From a virus, in IMG/VR virus record IMGVR_UViG_3300042869_000676, positions 11,628 through 75,627 of that record: a stretch of 64,000 nt of DNA. The stretch is one strand, 5' to 3'. Shown in pieces: positions 46,528 through 57,600 of this stretch (position 1 is its first letter; each line of letters opens with the position of its first letter). A program made the position numbers and the translations under genes. Under the pieces are notes generated by a model. That model saw nothing but the letters and a program-made list of their open reading frames with translations, made no database searches and was not told the DNA's origin.

Positions 46528-47649
46528 TTAGGAAGCTGTAGCAACGAAGACGCCGTTTGTGGAGTCTTGTGGCGCACCGATCTGCGATGTGAACACGAGA
46601 TCAACTGTCTTGTTGTCACCAAGCGAAGAAGACAAGCTTTCACTAACGAGCTTGGCATTTCTGATTTGGTAAACAAGTTTTTCAGCATTAGCTGGATCTC
46701 TGAAAGCGAATTTCAAGGTCTTGAAATCGTCGTTGTTAACCAACGAGAAGAGATTACCAGCAGCTTTCAAGTCAGCAACAATAGCGGAAACGTTAACGGT
46801 AACTTCAACTGGGAAGTCGATAACCTTAGCGTAGCCGAAACGATTGCCGAGACGTTGAAGTGTGGTACGGCCAATTGGAATATCAATCGAGAAAGATTGA
46901 ATATGCGCAGCGGAATTACCAGAGTCAACGCCTGTTGGCATATCAACGATAATTGGATCAACCAATTCCATTGTAATGTCGCCGGGGCGAAGAGCAGAGA
47001 GACCTACGCTGCCAGTAGTTGGAGCAGGAAGAACGAACTGATTAGAGCCAGTAGCGCTAGTTTCTACAGTCAAAGAAGGAAGAGTGCCGCTGTTGCCTTC
47101 AACAACATTGATATTCAAACCTTCAATTGTGACTGAAGCGGTAGGAATGCTACCAACAGCTGCTTCGATACCGTATTGGGTAACGAAACCGTTGCCGATT
47201 GTGATGGTGCTAGAAGCGGCACCAGTCAAAGTGGAGCCAGCAGAACCAGCAGCGTCATTGCCTTCTGGAGCGGTGAAAATGTGGAAGTTACGACCAGAAA
47301 CTGTTGCAGTGTCGTTTGTCTGTGTAGAGTCAATAAGACCGCTAATAAAAGACAAAGTTGTTCCGACGCCAGTTCCTACGCTGAAACCAAGAGCGGTTTC
47401 GTTGTTACCTGTGGTCAGGTAATACGAGAAGTCAAGGTTAATTGTAGGTGGTTCCAAGATGATAGCGTCAATACGAGCAAGATTACCAAATTGGTTAATA
47501 TCTTGACGAGCGACAGAGAAGCCATAGTTGGCCGATTGTACACGGTGCAACTGCTTGATGTTGTTAGCCGCATGAGTAGCTGTTGGTACAAGAGTACCAT
47601 CGCTAACGAAAAGGGCTTCTGATTGATAAATTACTCTATTACGTGCCAT
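46528..47649 (-). CDS. major tail (tube) protein, putative
   Basis: 373 aa, beta-rich, codon bias like the capsid gene, own terminator, follows neck-like genes. Confidence 0.65.
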   Translation of the reverse strand: MARNRVIYQSEALFVSDGTLVPTATHAANNIKQLHRVQSANYGFSVARQDINQFGNLARIDAIILEPPTINLDFSYYLTTGNNETALGFSVGTGVGTTLSFISGLIDSTQTNDTATVSGRNFHIFTAPEGNDAAGSAGSTLTGAASSTITIGNGFVTQYGIEAAVGSIPTASVTIEGLNINVVEGNSGTLPSLTVETSATGSNQFVLPAPTTGSVGLSALRPGDITMELVDPIIVDMPTGVDSGNSAAHIQSFSIDIPIGRTTLQRLGNRFGYAKVIDFPVEVTVNVSAIVADLKAAGNLFSLVNNDDFKTLKFAFRDPANAEKLVYQIRNAKLVSESLSSSLGDNKTVDLVFTSQIGAPQDSTNGVFVATAS

Positions 47650-47711
47650 AAGTTTTAAAAGTTAAGAGAAGGTTTAAATACTTTACATTCTTTTGCCTAG
47701 AAATGGAATCC

Positions 47712-48557
47712 TTATGCTCTAGGGTATCTATATTGGGTGATTTCAAAATCAATAAAGCCAATATAGGTTTTTACATTAGACGATCTTGATCTAGTGTCTT
47801 TAAGTTTAGACACAGTAACGTCGTCTATAAACAGCTCAACAGAAGGATTTGGGTTAGCGTAGTAATCGCTGTAATTGTACGGATAAGATTTAAGGTCGCC
47901 GTATTCAGTTAAAGGATATTCGCCAAAGTCTTTTTCGGTAAATACTTTCTTTTGAGTGTCTGCAAAAAGCGACAAGACCCCATCTAAGTGATATGGATTG
48001 TCAGTGAAAACAACGCATTTCATAATAGAGCGAGTTTCGTCTTCGCCGCCAAAAGAGAAAGGTTTGTTTTTGATAGAATCAGAAACAATGAAAACAGCAG
48101 GAATAATCTCGTCGTAAGGCTGAATATAAGTTCCGCTACGAGGAAATTTGAGGTTTTCGTCAAAATTGTTCTCAATGATAAGATCGTCTTCATCTTCATT
48201 GCTCATGTAGATGCTAAAATCTTTAACAGAGTAAGCTCCTGTAACATTAGCTGTGGCGGCAACTCCAGTAGTTAAAACGCGGCCATTAAGATAATCCATT
48301 ACCAACCCGCCGCCCCTAGGCTTGAAAACAGAATTGACGAATACACCAGAGGGAACAATTGCTCCAGATACACTGGAATCAAAGACGAATTGTTTATGAG
48401 AACTTCCAAAAACTTTGTAGGCAGTTGATATTCTTGGATCTTCATAGTTATAAAATTTACCTGTTTGATTTGAGAAAGCTTCGCCTTCGCTAAGAAGGTG
48501 ATGGTCAAACCACAAAGCGAATGAAGTGGCTACGTTATGTTGGTATTGTGGTTTCAT
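47712..48557 (-). CDS. tail completion/terminator-like protein, putative
   Basis: PAVFI...P...GG motif. Immediately upstream of the tube gene. Confidence 0.5.
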   Translation of the reverse strand: MKPQYQHNVATSFALWFDHHLLSEGEAFSNQTGKFYNYEDPRISTAYKVFGSSHKQFVFDSSVSGAIVPSGVFVNSVFKPRGGGLVMDYLNGRVLTTGVAATANVTGAYSVKDFSIYMSNEDEDDLIIENNFDENLKFPRSGTYIQPYDEIIPAVFIVSDSIKNKPFSFGGEDETRSIMKCVVFTDNPYHLDGVLSLFADTQKKVFTEKDFGEYPLTEYGDLKSYPYNYSDYYANPNPSVELFIDDVTVSKLKDTRSRSSNVKTYIGFIDFEITQYRYPRA

Positions 48558-49134
48558 CTAGTTGAGAGAATTTCTTTTCGTAGCGGTTGAGAATGTCGCT
48601 AATATATTTTACATTTTTAAATCGAACTTTCGAGGCAATTTTTGATTTAACTTGAATAGCCGGGCCAGAACGAGATTGTGGATAGTTTTTCTTTTGATTA
48701 TAAAGATACCAACCTACGCCAGAAATGCCAGTTTCAATGCCTTTGGCCCAGCTTCTGCCTTCGGCCCAAGGCATAGGAGTAACGTCCCAAATGTCTTCTG
48801 GAGCTGGCAGGTAAATGTTCCAGATTGGACCATCATCAGTTAATGTGCGAAATCTAATAACTGTTTTATCAAATTCTCGCTTAATAGCGTCAATAGGAGA
48901 AGTGCCAGCTTCAAATCCAATAAAAGTAAACAAATTGCCATAGCCACCTAAAGTGTTGCTTGAGTTTGACGCTCCTACGCCAATTGAAATCTCTTTAGTT
49001 ATTTCATGATTCATTAGCTCTCTAATCATCTCAGCTTTAATATTATTAAAACTTCTTTCGATCTTTTTATCGAAATCTTCTTTAACTAATTGGGCAACTT
49101 GCCTTTTAACTGACTTATCTAATTGAAACGCCAT
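48535..49134 (-). CDS. neck/tail completion protein, putative
   Basis: Basic 199 aa, W..GIE.G motif. Position. Confidence 0.5.
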   Translation of the reverse strand: MAFQLDKSVKRQVAQLVKEDFDKKIERSFNNIKAEMIRELMNHEITKEISIGVGASNSSNTLGGYGNLFTFIGFEAGTSPIDAIKREFDKTVIRFRTLTDDGPIWNIYLPAPEDIWDVTPMPWAEGRSWAKGIETGISGVGWYLYNQKKNYPQSRSGPAIQVKSKIASKVRFKNVKYISDILNRYEKKFSQLDETTIPT

Positions 49135-49137
49135 AAA

Positions 49138-49590
49138 TTATTCGTCAACAGGAGACAGTAAGAAAGAATAGTATTGTGGGCCAAACATACCATAAGGCTT
49201 GTAATCAGAAGCTATAGAATATCTGCGCCCATCAAGATCAACTTTTCTAGCTTCTTTTAGTTTAACATAAGCATCATACTGAACTTTGATTTTAACAGAG
49301 CCTGTTGGATAAATAACTTTTTGTTGATCTAAGGTACCCGGAAACACGCTTTGTTCATTTGAAACATACTTGATTCTAGCTTTAAATGTAAACGACTGAG
49401 GAGTTAAGCTACTGTATGCTGTGTTATCTAAATCTCTCTTGTAGAAGCTGTTGTAGGTAGGAGAAGTAGATATGATAACAACTGTTGGATTCATGATAAC
49501 AGTAATTTCACGCGAAAATGTTTCATGGATATCATCCATTGCGGAATTAATAAAAGATTTCTGTGTAGCAGAAATGTATGAAGTCGCCAT
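49138..49590 (-). CDS. head-closure (stopper)-like protein, putative
   Basis: 150 aa, beta-rich with ..DG..Y.I.. Position. Confidence 0.5.
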   Translation of the reverse strand: MATSYISATQKSFINSAMDDIHETFSREITVIMNPTVVIISTSPTYNSFYKRDLDNTAYSSLTPQSFTFKARIKYVSNEQSVFPGTLDQQKVIYPTGSVKIKVQYDAYVKLKEARKVDLDGRRYSIASDYKPYGMFGPQYYSFLLSPVDE

Positions 49591-49643
49591 ATTTTACTTT
49601 ACACTTTGGATTTTAAATGTAATATATAATAAGGCAAAAGGAT

Positions 49644-49940
49644 ATGACAGGCAAAGAATATTTAAATGATAAAGTTAAGGTGAACACCTCTGATCTGTTC
49701 AAGAGGATGCTTGGTATTTTAGAAGATATTAAGCATGAACATGATAGGCAATTTGCTCTGCTATACACCTCTGCCCCAGATTCTTTTAAGCCAGTTGTGC
49801 GCCAAGCAAACTATTTAGACGAAGATCAAATGAGTTGGTTACGCAAGCGCGTGCTAGACATGGGCAACGAATCAATCAGAAAGATGTCTTCCGATTTGGA
49901 AGTTATCAGAGTAGAATTTCAACACACATTTAAACAATGA
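49644..49940 (+). CDS. hypothetical protein
   Basis: 98 aa, ATGA coupling to the next gene. Confidence 0.7.
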   Translation: MTGKEYLNDKVKVNTSDLFKRMLGILEDIKHEHDRQFALLYTSAPDSFKPVVRQANYLDEDQMSWLRKRVLDMGNESIRKMSSDLEVIRVEFQHTFKQ

Positions 49941-50671
49941 AAGAATTATTCGATTTCACAGTCATGCTTCCAAAAGAAGTTGATGTCACAGAAACAAAAG
50001 AAGAAAATGGTCAGACCATTACTATTACTAAAAAAGTAACAGAAGAAGTTCCGCATCGCGTAGTTTTTAAGCAGCCGTCGCGCAGAGATATTGAAGACTC
50101 TGATCTTCAATTCAGCATTGAGCTTTCTAACTGCGTAAAGAAAGGCATTCTCACAAAAGGTATGTTGCTTAAAAAGTATTCTGATACTGGAGGTCTTTCT
50201 TCACAAGACGACTCACAGCGTTTAAGTAGTCTTTACGCCGCAATTGGTAAATTACAACAAAAGTATATGTTGATGAAAACAGAAGATGGCTCTGAATCTT
50301 TAGAGAAAAACGACGTTCTTCAACAAATCGCAGTTCTGAGAAAAGAAGCTGTTGATCTTGAAACTGTTTATCTTTCCTTCTTTAACAATACCGCTGATAC
50401 TATTGCGCAAAACAGCGTTATTCGCTGGTTCTGTTTGAATATGACTCATAAGCAAGTTGCGAATGGGCCAATCGAACCAATGTTTAAAGGATCAACGTAC
50501 GAACAAAAACTAGACTCTCTTTCGGATCTCGATGAAAACGGCGATCCGCTGTTCACAAAGGTTTACACTAAACTGATTACGTTCACTTCTTTTTGGTATT
50601 TCAGTAAAACAGTTTCTAAAGACGACTTCAAAAAACTAGACGAAGACATTGCAGCGGGAAAATTTGAGTGA
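49937..50671 (+). CDS. tail assembly chaperone, putative
   Basis: 244 aa, two genes upstream of the tape measure. Confidence 0.5.
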   Translation: MKELFDFTVMLPKEVDVTETKEENGQTITITKKVTEEVPHRVVFKQPSRRDIEDSDLQFSIELSNCVKKGILTKGMLLKKYSDTGGLSSQDDSQRLSSLYAAIGKLQQKYMLMKTEDGSESLEKNDVLQQIAVLRKEAVDLETVYLSFFNNTADTIAQNSVIRWFCLNMTHKQVANGPIEPMFKGSTYEQKLDSLSDLDENGDPLFTKVYTKLITFTSFWYFSKTVSKDDFKKLDEDIAAGKFE

Positions 50672-51641
50672 AATAGACCTATTTATTAGGTTTACAGAAA
50701 TCATTAAGGGCTACTCAACGGCTGAATACCGTAGTAGCCCTATTTTTGTTAAGCATTTAGGCTGCAATGAAAAAGCTATTTTTGATTTAAGGTACAAACA
50801 GTTTCATAAGATAGCGGTAGATAAGGGGATACCTACAGAAGAACAGTCGTTGGAAACTGCAAAAAAAGAAGGTTTTTGGAGCGATAACGATGAAGCAGAA
50901 ATCGCTAAAATTCAATCTTATATTGAACGGTTGAATGTTACTAAAAAAAATCTTTTTAAATCTTTAGAGATTAAAGAGATTCAGAAAGTAATAGACGAGC
51001 AAAAAGAAAAGTTGATAGCTAAATTAACAGAAAGAAGAAGCGTTTTAGGAAAAACTGTAGAAGAGTACGCTTCAAATAGATCGAGCGACTATATTATTTA
51101 CGAGTCTTTTTACAAAGACGAAGAATTGAAACAAAAATTTTTTTCGATACAAGACTTTGAGGATATGTCTTACGAGGAATTAGTAGAGTTTATCTTGCTT
51201 TATAACACATTCATGCACGACTTTATGGATATTAATATCCAGAAAACTGTTCTGATGGACTTCTTTAATCAATATTTTTTGGTACTTGATTATCCGACAG
51301 AATTCTTTGGTTTGCCTATGGTAAAACTTACTGATTTTCAAGTAAGAATTATAATGTATGGTAAGATATTTAAGAGTATATTTGACAATGTAGAGAATAT
51401 TCCTGACAATATTAGAAAAGACCCTGAAGCTTTACTAGCGTATAAGGACAAATCTACCGCTAAAAAAGACTTTGATTCTAAACACGCTCCAAAAGGAGAT
51501 GTTAGCGCATCTATGGTATTCGGCGCAAGTAAAGAAGATATGGACGATAACAACATGAAGGGCACTTCTCTTAATAAGTTGATGAAAGAGAAAAAAACTC
51601 TTAATATGGAAGAGCTAATGAAATTACATGGCGAAGGTTAA
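50664..51641 (+). CDS. hypothetical protein (possible second tail chaperone)
   Basis: Long ORF. Probable TTG start at 50664 overlapping the upstream stop. Confidence 0.6.
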   Translation: MSEIDLFIRFTEIIKGYSTAEYRSSPIFVKHLGCNEKAIFDLRYKQFHKIAVDKGIPTEEQSLETAKKEGFWSDNDEAEIAKIQSYIERLNVTKKNLFKSLEIKEIQKVIDEQKEKLIAKLTERRSVLGKTVEEYASNRSSDYIIYESFYKDEELKQKFFSIQDFEDMSYEELVEFILLYNTFMHDFMDINIQKTVLMDFFNQYFLVLDYPTEFFGLPMVKLTDFQVRIIMYGKIFKSIFDNVENIPDNIRKDPEALLAYKDKSTAKKDFDSKHAPKGDVSASMVFGASKEDMDDNNMKGTSLNKLMKEKKTLNMEELMKLHGEG

Positions 51642-51674
51642 TCTTTGAGTGTAAAATACTCAAAAGGTTAAAGG

Positions 51675-54600
51675 ATGGCAAACATACTATCAATTCAAGG
51701 AAAAGTTACTGGTATTAATGAGTCTGTTCAAGCGCAAGAAAAGGCGCTTAAGCCGCTTAATATACAAGCTAATGTTAAATTAAATGAAGGGTCATTAGGA
51801 AAATTATCTCAGCCACTTGGAAGGGTTACTGGGCTTGCTACAGAGTTTGAAAAGTCTATCGCAGCATCTAATGCTCGTGTTATCGCCTTCGGCGCTTCGG
51901 TAGGTATCATAAACGGTATTCAAAACGCCTTTGCAAGCCTTGTAACAACGACAATAGAAGTCCAAAAAAGTTTAGCTCAAATCGGTGCCGTTAGCGGAAA
52001 AAGCGGAGATGAGCTTAATCGTTTCGGTGATAGTCTTTTTGAATTGGCGAAAAATACTGGACAATCATTTAAAATAGCAAGCGAAGCCGCCGTTGAATTC
52101 TCTCGTCAAGGTTTAAGTTTGCAGGAAACCTTATCTAGAACTAACGATGCTTTAACGCTGGCTAGATTCACTTCTTTAAGCGCGGCTGATGCTGTTGATG
52201 TTTTAACTGCTGCGGTAAATTCTTTCGGCAGTTCAGGATTAACAACCTCAGAGATTTTAAATAAATTAGTCGCCGTAGATAGCAAATTCGCCGTTTCTGC
52301 TGCTGATTTAGCTAACGGTTTATCTCGCGCTGGATCTATCGCTCAAGATGTTGGCGTATCTTTTGACGAATTAAACGGCATAATTACAGCCGTTCAAGAA
52401 AAGACTGCGCGTGGTGGCGCTGTAATTGGTAACGCATTTAAATCTATTTTCACAAGAATCAGATCTGAAGATACGATTCAAGCTTTACAAAAAATAGGCA
52501 TTTCTTCGGTAGATGCTGCTGGCAACGTAAGACCAGTCGTTCCAATCCTTAAAGAATTGGCGTCAACTTTAAATACTCTATCTGGCACAGAAAAAATTCA
52601 AGCATTAGAAGCGGTAGGTAGCAAATACAACATCAACATTTTAAATGCTTTACTTCAAGATTTAAATTCTGCGGAAAGTCAATTTGATAAATCAAAAACA
52701 ACATCTTCTAATGCAAGTAGTGAAGCTTATCAAAGACAAATAGAATTAAATAAATCGCTAGATGCGATAATCAATAGCGTTTCTGTTTCCACGGATAAAT
52801 TAGCAAATTCAATAGGACGAATTGGAGTATCGGATAATTTAAAAGGTTTGTTAAACTTTTTCGGGGATTTAGTATCGTCAATTAATAGTGTTATAGATTC
52901 AGAAGGAATTGGGGGAAATATAGCAAAAGGTTTAATTAGCGGCTTAGGAGGAGTGTTTTTTAAAGTAGGTATTCCTGTATTGACTGCTTTGTTTGTAATA
53001 TTAACAAAAAATATTATTCAGTTCGGGGCTGAATCTTTACAGACTATTCTAGGATTAAATTCTAAAGTAAAAGAAAGAGAGGCTTTAGAGCAAGCGGTAT
53101 ATAATACATTGATTAGTAACGAAAGCGTAATGCAGCGGATGAACTCTCTTGCTGGAGATAGAAAAGCGCAAGAAAAAGCTTTGTTGAAAATTTATAATGA
53201 TCAAGAAATTGCTTTAAAAAAGGTTAGAGATATATCTGTCGCTCTTGCCCCAGCTATTCAAACAGGTGGATTTAGCGCGACATCAGGGAAACTTGTAAAG
53301 AAAGGCTCATCTGGATATTTACCAGCTCAAGAAGCCGCCGATGTTAGCCGTGGAGTTGGAGGAGCTAGCTCTTCATCTAAAGTAGTTTCTATTCCAAATT
53401 TTGCTTTTGGTGGCGGCAAAAAGGGAACAATGATCGCTAATACTAGCGAGTATATTGTGCCTAATTACGCTAACGGTGGATCGGCTATCTTTAACCAAGA
53501 TATGATTAGATCATTTGGCCTTCCTGCTGGAGCTAAAAAACTCGGAGCAGCTGGTGGATACGTTCCAAATTTTGCTAATGAAATAGGAGTTAGACCAGCA
53601 TCTACTATAGCTGGAGATGATTTTGAAGAAAGAGTCCGTGATTATTTGGGCGTGCCTGAAACAAGAGGATCGAACGCAATTTTTGATTTTTATCCTGGCG
53701 ATTTAGATAAAGCCCCTCAAGACAAAAAAAATGCTTTAGGTGTTAAAGGATCTTGGGGAGATCTTAAACTTAATTTTAATGAGTACGCTAGAAAAAGTAT
53801 ATTAGCCAAATTAATAAACGGCAACCAAGATACCGCTCCAGATAAAATAATAAAGGCAACAAAAGCTAATAGACAATCTATTTCGCTTAACGAAACTTCA
53901 CAAATTGATGGAGCAACTCTTTTTTATAAAGCTTTTGACAATAATCCAAAACAAGGACAATCAGAGATTAAACAAACATTGGGGACAATTTTAAAAGAAG
54001 GAAAACAATCTACAAAACTTTTAAGTTTATTTGATGAAATTAGAACTGATCCTGGCGCTGTTAAAAAAGTAGGTATGCTAAAAAATAATGCGGGCAAAAA
54101 AATGTCCAGCATAATGGTAAAGGCGAATTTAGAAGAAAACGCTATTATTGATCCTGAGTCTTTTCAAACAGGAGCCGCTTCATTAGGTTACATTCCTAAC
54201 TTTGCAGACCCATTAAAAGCTGCCGTTGAAAGAGAAATGGCGGCTGGATTAGATCCTTCTCAAATCCGCATCACAAAAGACGCAAGATTAAAAAATGGAA
54301 AAAATCCAGAAGGATTTGCCGTCATTAACACAAGAGACGAACCAGATGGGAAGATTCCAAATTTTGCCGACGATAAACCAGCTCAAGGCTCAGGAATGTT
54401 TGGGGGTAATAGAAAAGATAAAAGAGCCGCACTAAAAGAGTTAGATTCAATTGCAGGACAAAAAAAAGAAATAGAGTCATCTAATATTTTAAGCGACGCA
54501 AAGAACAAACTAACTAAAGAAATTATTTTAAGTCAGATAGCTTATAGAAATGGATCAATTAACGAAAATAATTTAATAGAAAAGATAAAGTCTTTATCTG

Positions 54601-57600
54601 TGACTTACGGGTTAAACGAAACTGCGCAAAAAAATCTTTTAACAAATACTGAAAGTTTTATATCTAAAATAAAATCAAGTCCAGCGGCAAATATAAAAAA
54701 TTTGCCATTCCCAAGTTTAGAAGGAGTACCTGTTTCAAAAACAAGCAAAGCAAATAAAGAGCCACAAGAATTTAATCCTACAAAATTTTTCGCATTACAA
54801 GCGGCAGCAGTAGGAGCTACATCAGCAATGCAATCTTTAGCTAAAGAAGGATCAGGAGCTGCAATGAGTTTAGAAGCTGCTGGAGGAGTTTTAGGGACCG
54901 TGTTTACGGGGCTTTCTTTTATAGGCACGAAAATAAATCCTTTGGTTGCCGTAGTAAGCGTTGCGACATCTGCTTTTGCTAATTTAGCTCCAGTAATAGG
55001 CAAATATATAAGTTCACTAGAAACAGAAGGAGAAAGATTTTCCAAGCAATTAAAAGAATTGGGCGATCAGGCCAAAAAAACAGGAGAAGAATTAACTGCG
55101 GAAAAGATTTTAGGTTTATTGGGGGATGCAAAAACAAAAGGAGAAGAAGCTAAAGAACAACAATCCCTTGAACTACAAGTTTTAAATCAAGCTAACAGTT
55201 TAGGAGTAACATCTAGCAGCGGGGATGCTAATGGTTTAAGTGAGTCAGAAATACAAAATATATTAAACGTACTCCGAGCAATGGGGGGCGTTGAAGGCGT
55301 TGGGATAGATAAAAAAATAAACAAAGATATATTAACAAGTTTTCTAACACAATCTACAAAATTACAGACAATTCCTAGCCCAGAATTAGGAGAAGAACTT
55401 AAAGTAAGAAAATTTGACTTAAATGCTTTTAGAGAAGTTTCAAGGAGACCTTTGGAAGAAGTTGTAGCAAAAGCAAAAAAGAGAGCTGAAACAAATATTG
55501 ATTTACGTGAATCGGGCGGAGTTAGAGAACTTCAAAAAAGAGAAGTTATTTTAGCCAGACAAGCAGAACAGGAGTTTTTAATAAACGACGCTTATCAAAG
55601 AAGAATTAATACGTTAGACGAAGAATCTAAAAAACTTAGAGAGAATAATTCAATTCTTACTGAAAAACAAAAAATTGAAAAAGAATTAATAAATTCGCAA
55701 CAAAGAATAAACGCGGAAGCGAAAAAAGAAAGAGAATTAAGTATTTTATCTGTAAGAACTTCTCTTCAAAAAGCAAAAGAACAAGGATCTCTTGTGTCTT
55801 ACAAGCCATTGGTAAAAAATAGTCCATTTATAAATAGAGAATCATATGATCAAGAATCAAATTTTAATATAAAATCAATATTAAATTCGGATTTTTCAAG
55901 ACCTTCTTCTGTAGCTAGGAAGGGTTCTATTTCTGCGTTAGAAAACCCTTTTGTAAATAATAGAAAAATACCTATACCAAGATATGGAGATGATTTAGGA
56001 AAAGATGCTAAAGGGCCATTAGAAAATTTATCTGACGATACTATAAAACAAATTTTATCTAAAATTAACCAAGGAGAGGGGCAACAAGCGGCGGCTAGTT
56101 TAATACCTGGTTTTGCGAAAGCAAGTATAGAATCTCAAACAAAAGTTTTAGATAGTTTAAAACCAGCAGCTGAGTCTTTAAGAAAAGCCGATATCGGAGA
56201 AGCGAACAGGTTATTTAAAGCTGCTATTGAAAAAGCTATTCCTCAAACAGATAAGAATGCGAAAGAAATAGAAGGTTTAAATAGCATCATTGCAAACTCA
56301 ACGCAAGCTAATGAACTGTACGCTCAAAATGTAGAGTTAGCTGCCCAAAAATACGAAATCGACGCTAAAAATAAAGCAATCTCTGCTCGTATTGAAGTAG
56401 ATAACATGGCTAAAAATGCTAAAGTTGATGACGAACTAACGGCATTTAAAAAAGTTACTTTGGAGCAGTATAAAACAGGTTATACCGAAGATGTAAAGCG
56501 AGCTAATATCGCTAAAAAATTAACGGATGCAGAAGACGCTTTAGTCAGATCAGAAAACGATAAAAACGAAAACAACAAAGTTGATGTGGCTTTAACGAGA
56601 CAAAGATTTGGTGCGGAAAGAAACGAAATCAGAAGAAAGATTACTATTCAAGATGCATATAATTCTCAAATAAGTCAATTGGCTTTAGATCAAAAAGTAG
56701 CAGATGAACTTAGATTAGAAAAATCTAGTTTAATTGATGCCACAAGAAAGTTAACGGCTCAATATAATAATTTAGCGGCGGTTACAGAAAACGAAAAAAC
56801 TAAAATATCAAATCAATTAGGTAGTGAAATTATATCTACAATATCTAAAGGAGACGCTTACTCTGGAACTTCAATTAATTTAAGGGAACAAGCCAAAGCT
56901 TCTGTATTAAAACAAAATCTTAAAGGTAAAGAATTTAAAGATCTTTCTTTGGAAGAGCGCTCTAACTTAACAACTGGAAAAGCTAACACTATCGGACAAA
57001 ACCTGAGAATCGAAGGTTCTGGTTTATTAGATGAAGCTAAAACATTTCAACAAATACTTGGGCAAGATACCCCAAAAGCATTAGCTGACGGTTTAACTGA
57101 AGCTATGAAAGTTGGTCTTTCTGGGGCCGATAATATTGGAGAAGCTTTACAAAATGTAGCTAAATCTTTCCTGCAAACAATTCAATCCGCAATGTTAGAG
57201 TCTGCCTCTAAAAATATAGTTGGAAGTTTTACTGCTGCTATTGGAGGATCTCAAGGAGGATACGTTAAAAAATTCGCTACTGGCGGTATGGTTACTGGCG
57301 GATCTGGAATCCGTGATGACGTACCAGCAATGTTAAGCGCTGGTGAATACGTTATGCGTAAATCTGCCGTTCAAAAATATGGCGCGGAAAATATCGCCAA
57401 GATGAATGATGGTGGCATTTTTCTTCCTGGTGTTCGTGGTGGATCAGCAATTTCTGGATACGATCAATTATCTAAGTTTGCAAATCAAACAACAACAAGC
57501 GGCGCTACTGATATATTGCAAGGAACTGGATCAACAGCTTACGCTAATCTTGAAGATCAAAGCTCTAGACTCTCTAGATTTGGATTGATGAACGAAGATA

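Noticed and set aside
50656-50671. Canonical -1 tail-chaperone frameshift at G GGA AAA
   Set aside because: The -1 frame reads GGG AAA ATT TGA and stops at once. The downstream ORF is in the +1 frame and has a plausible overlapping TTG start. A +1/-2 shift cannot be excluded but is unsupported.
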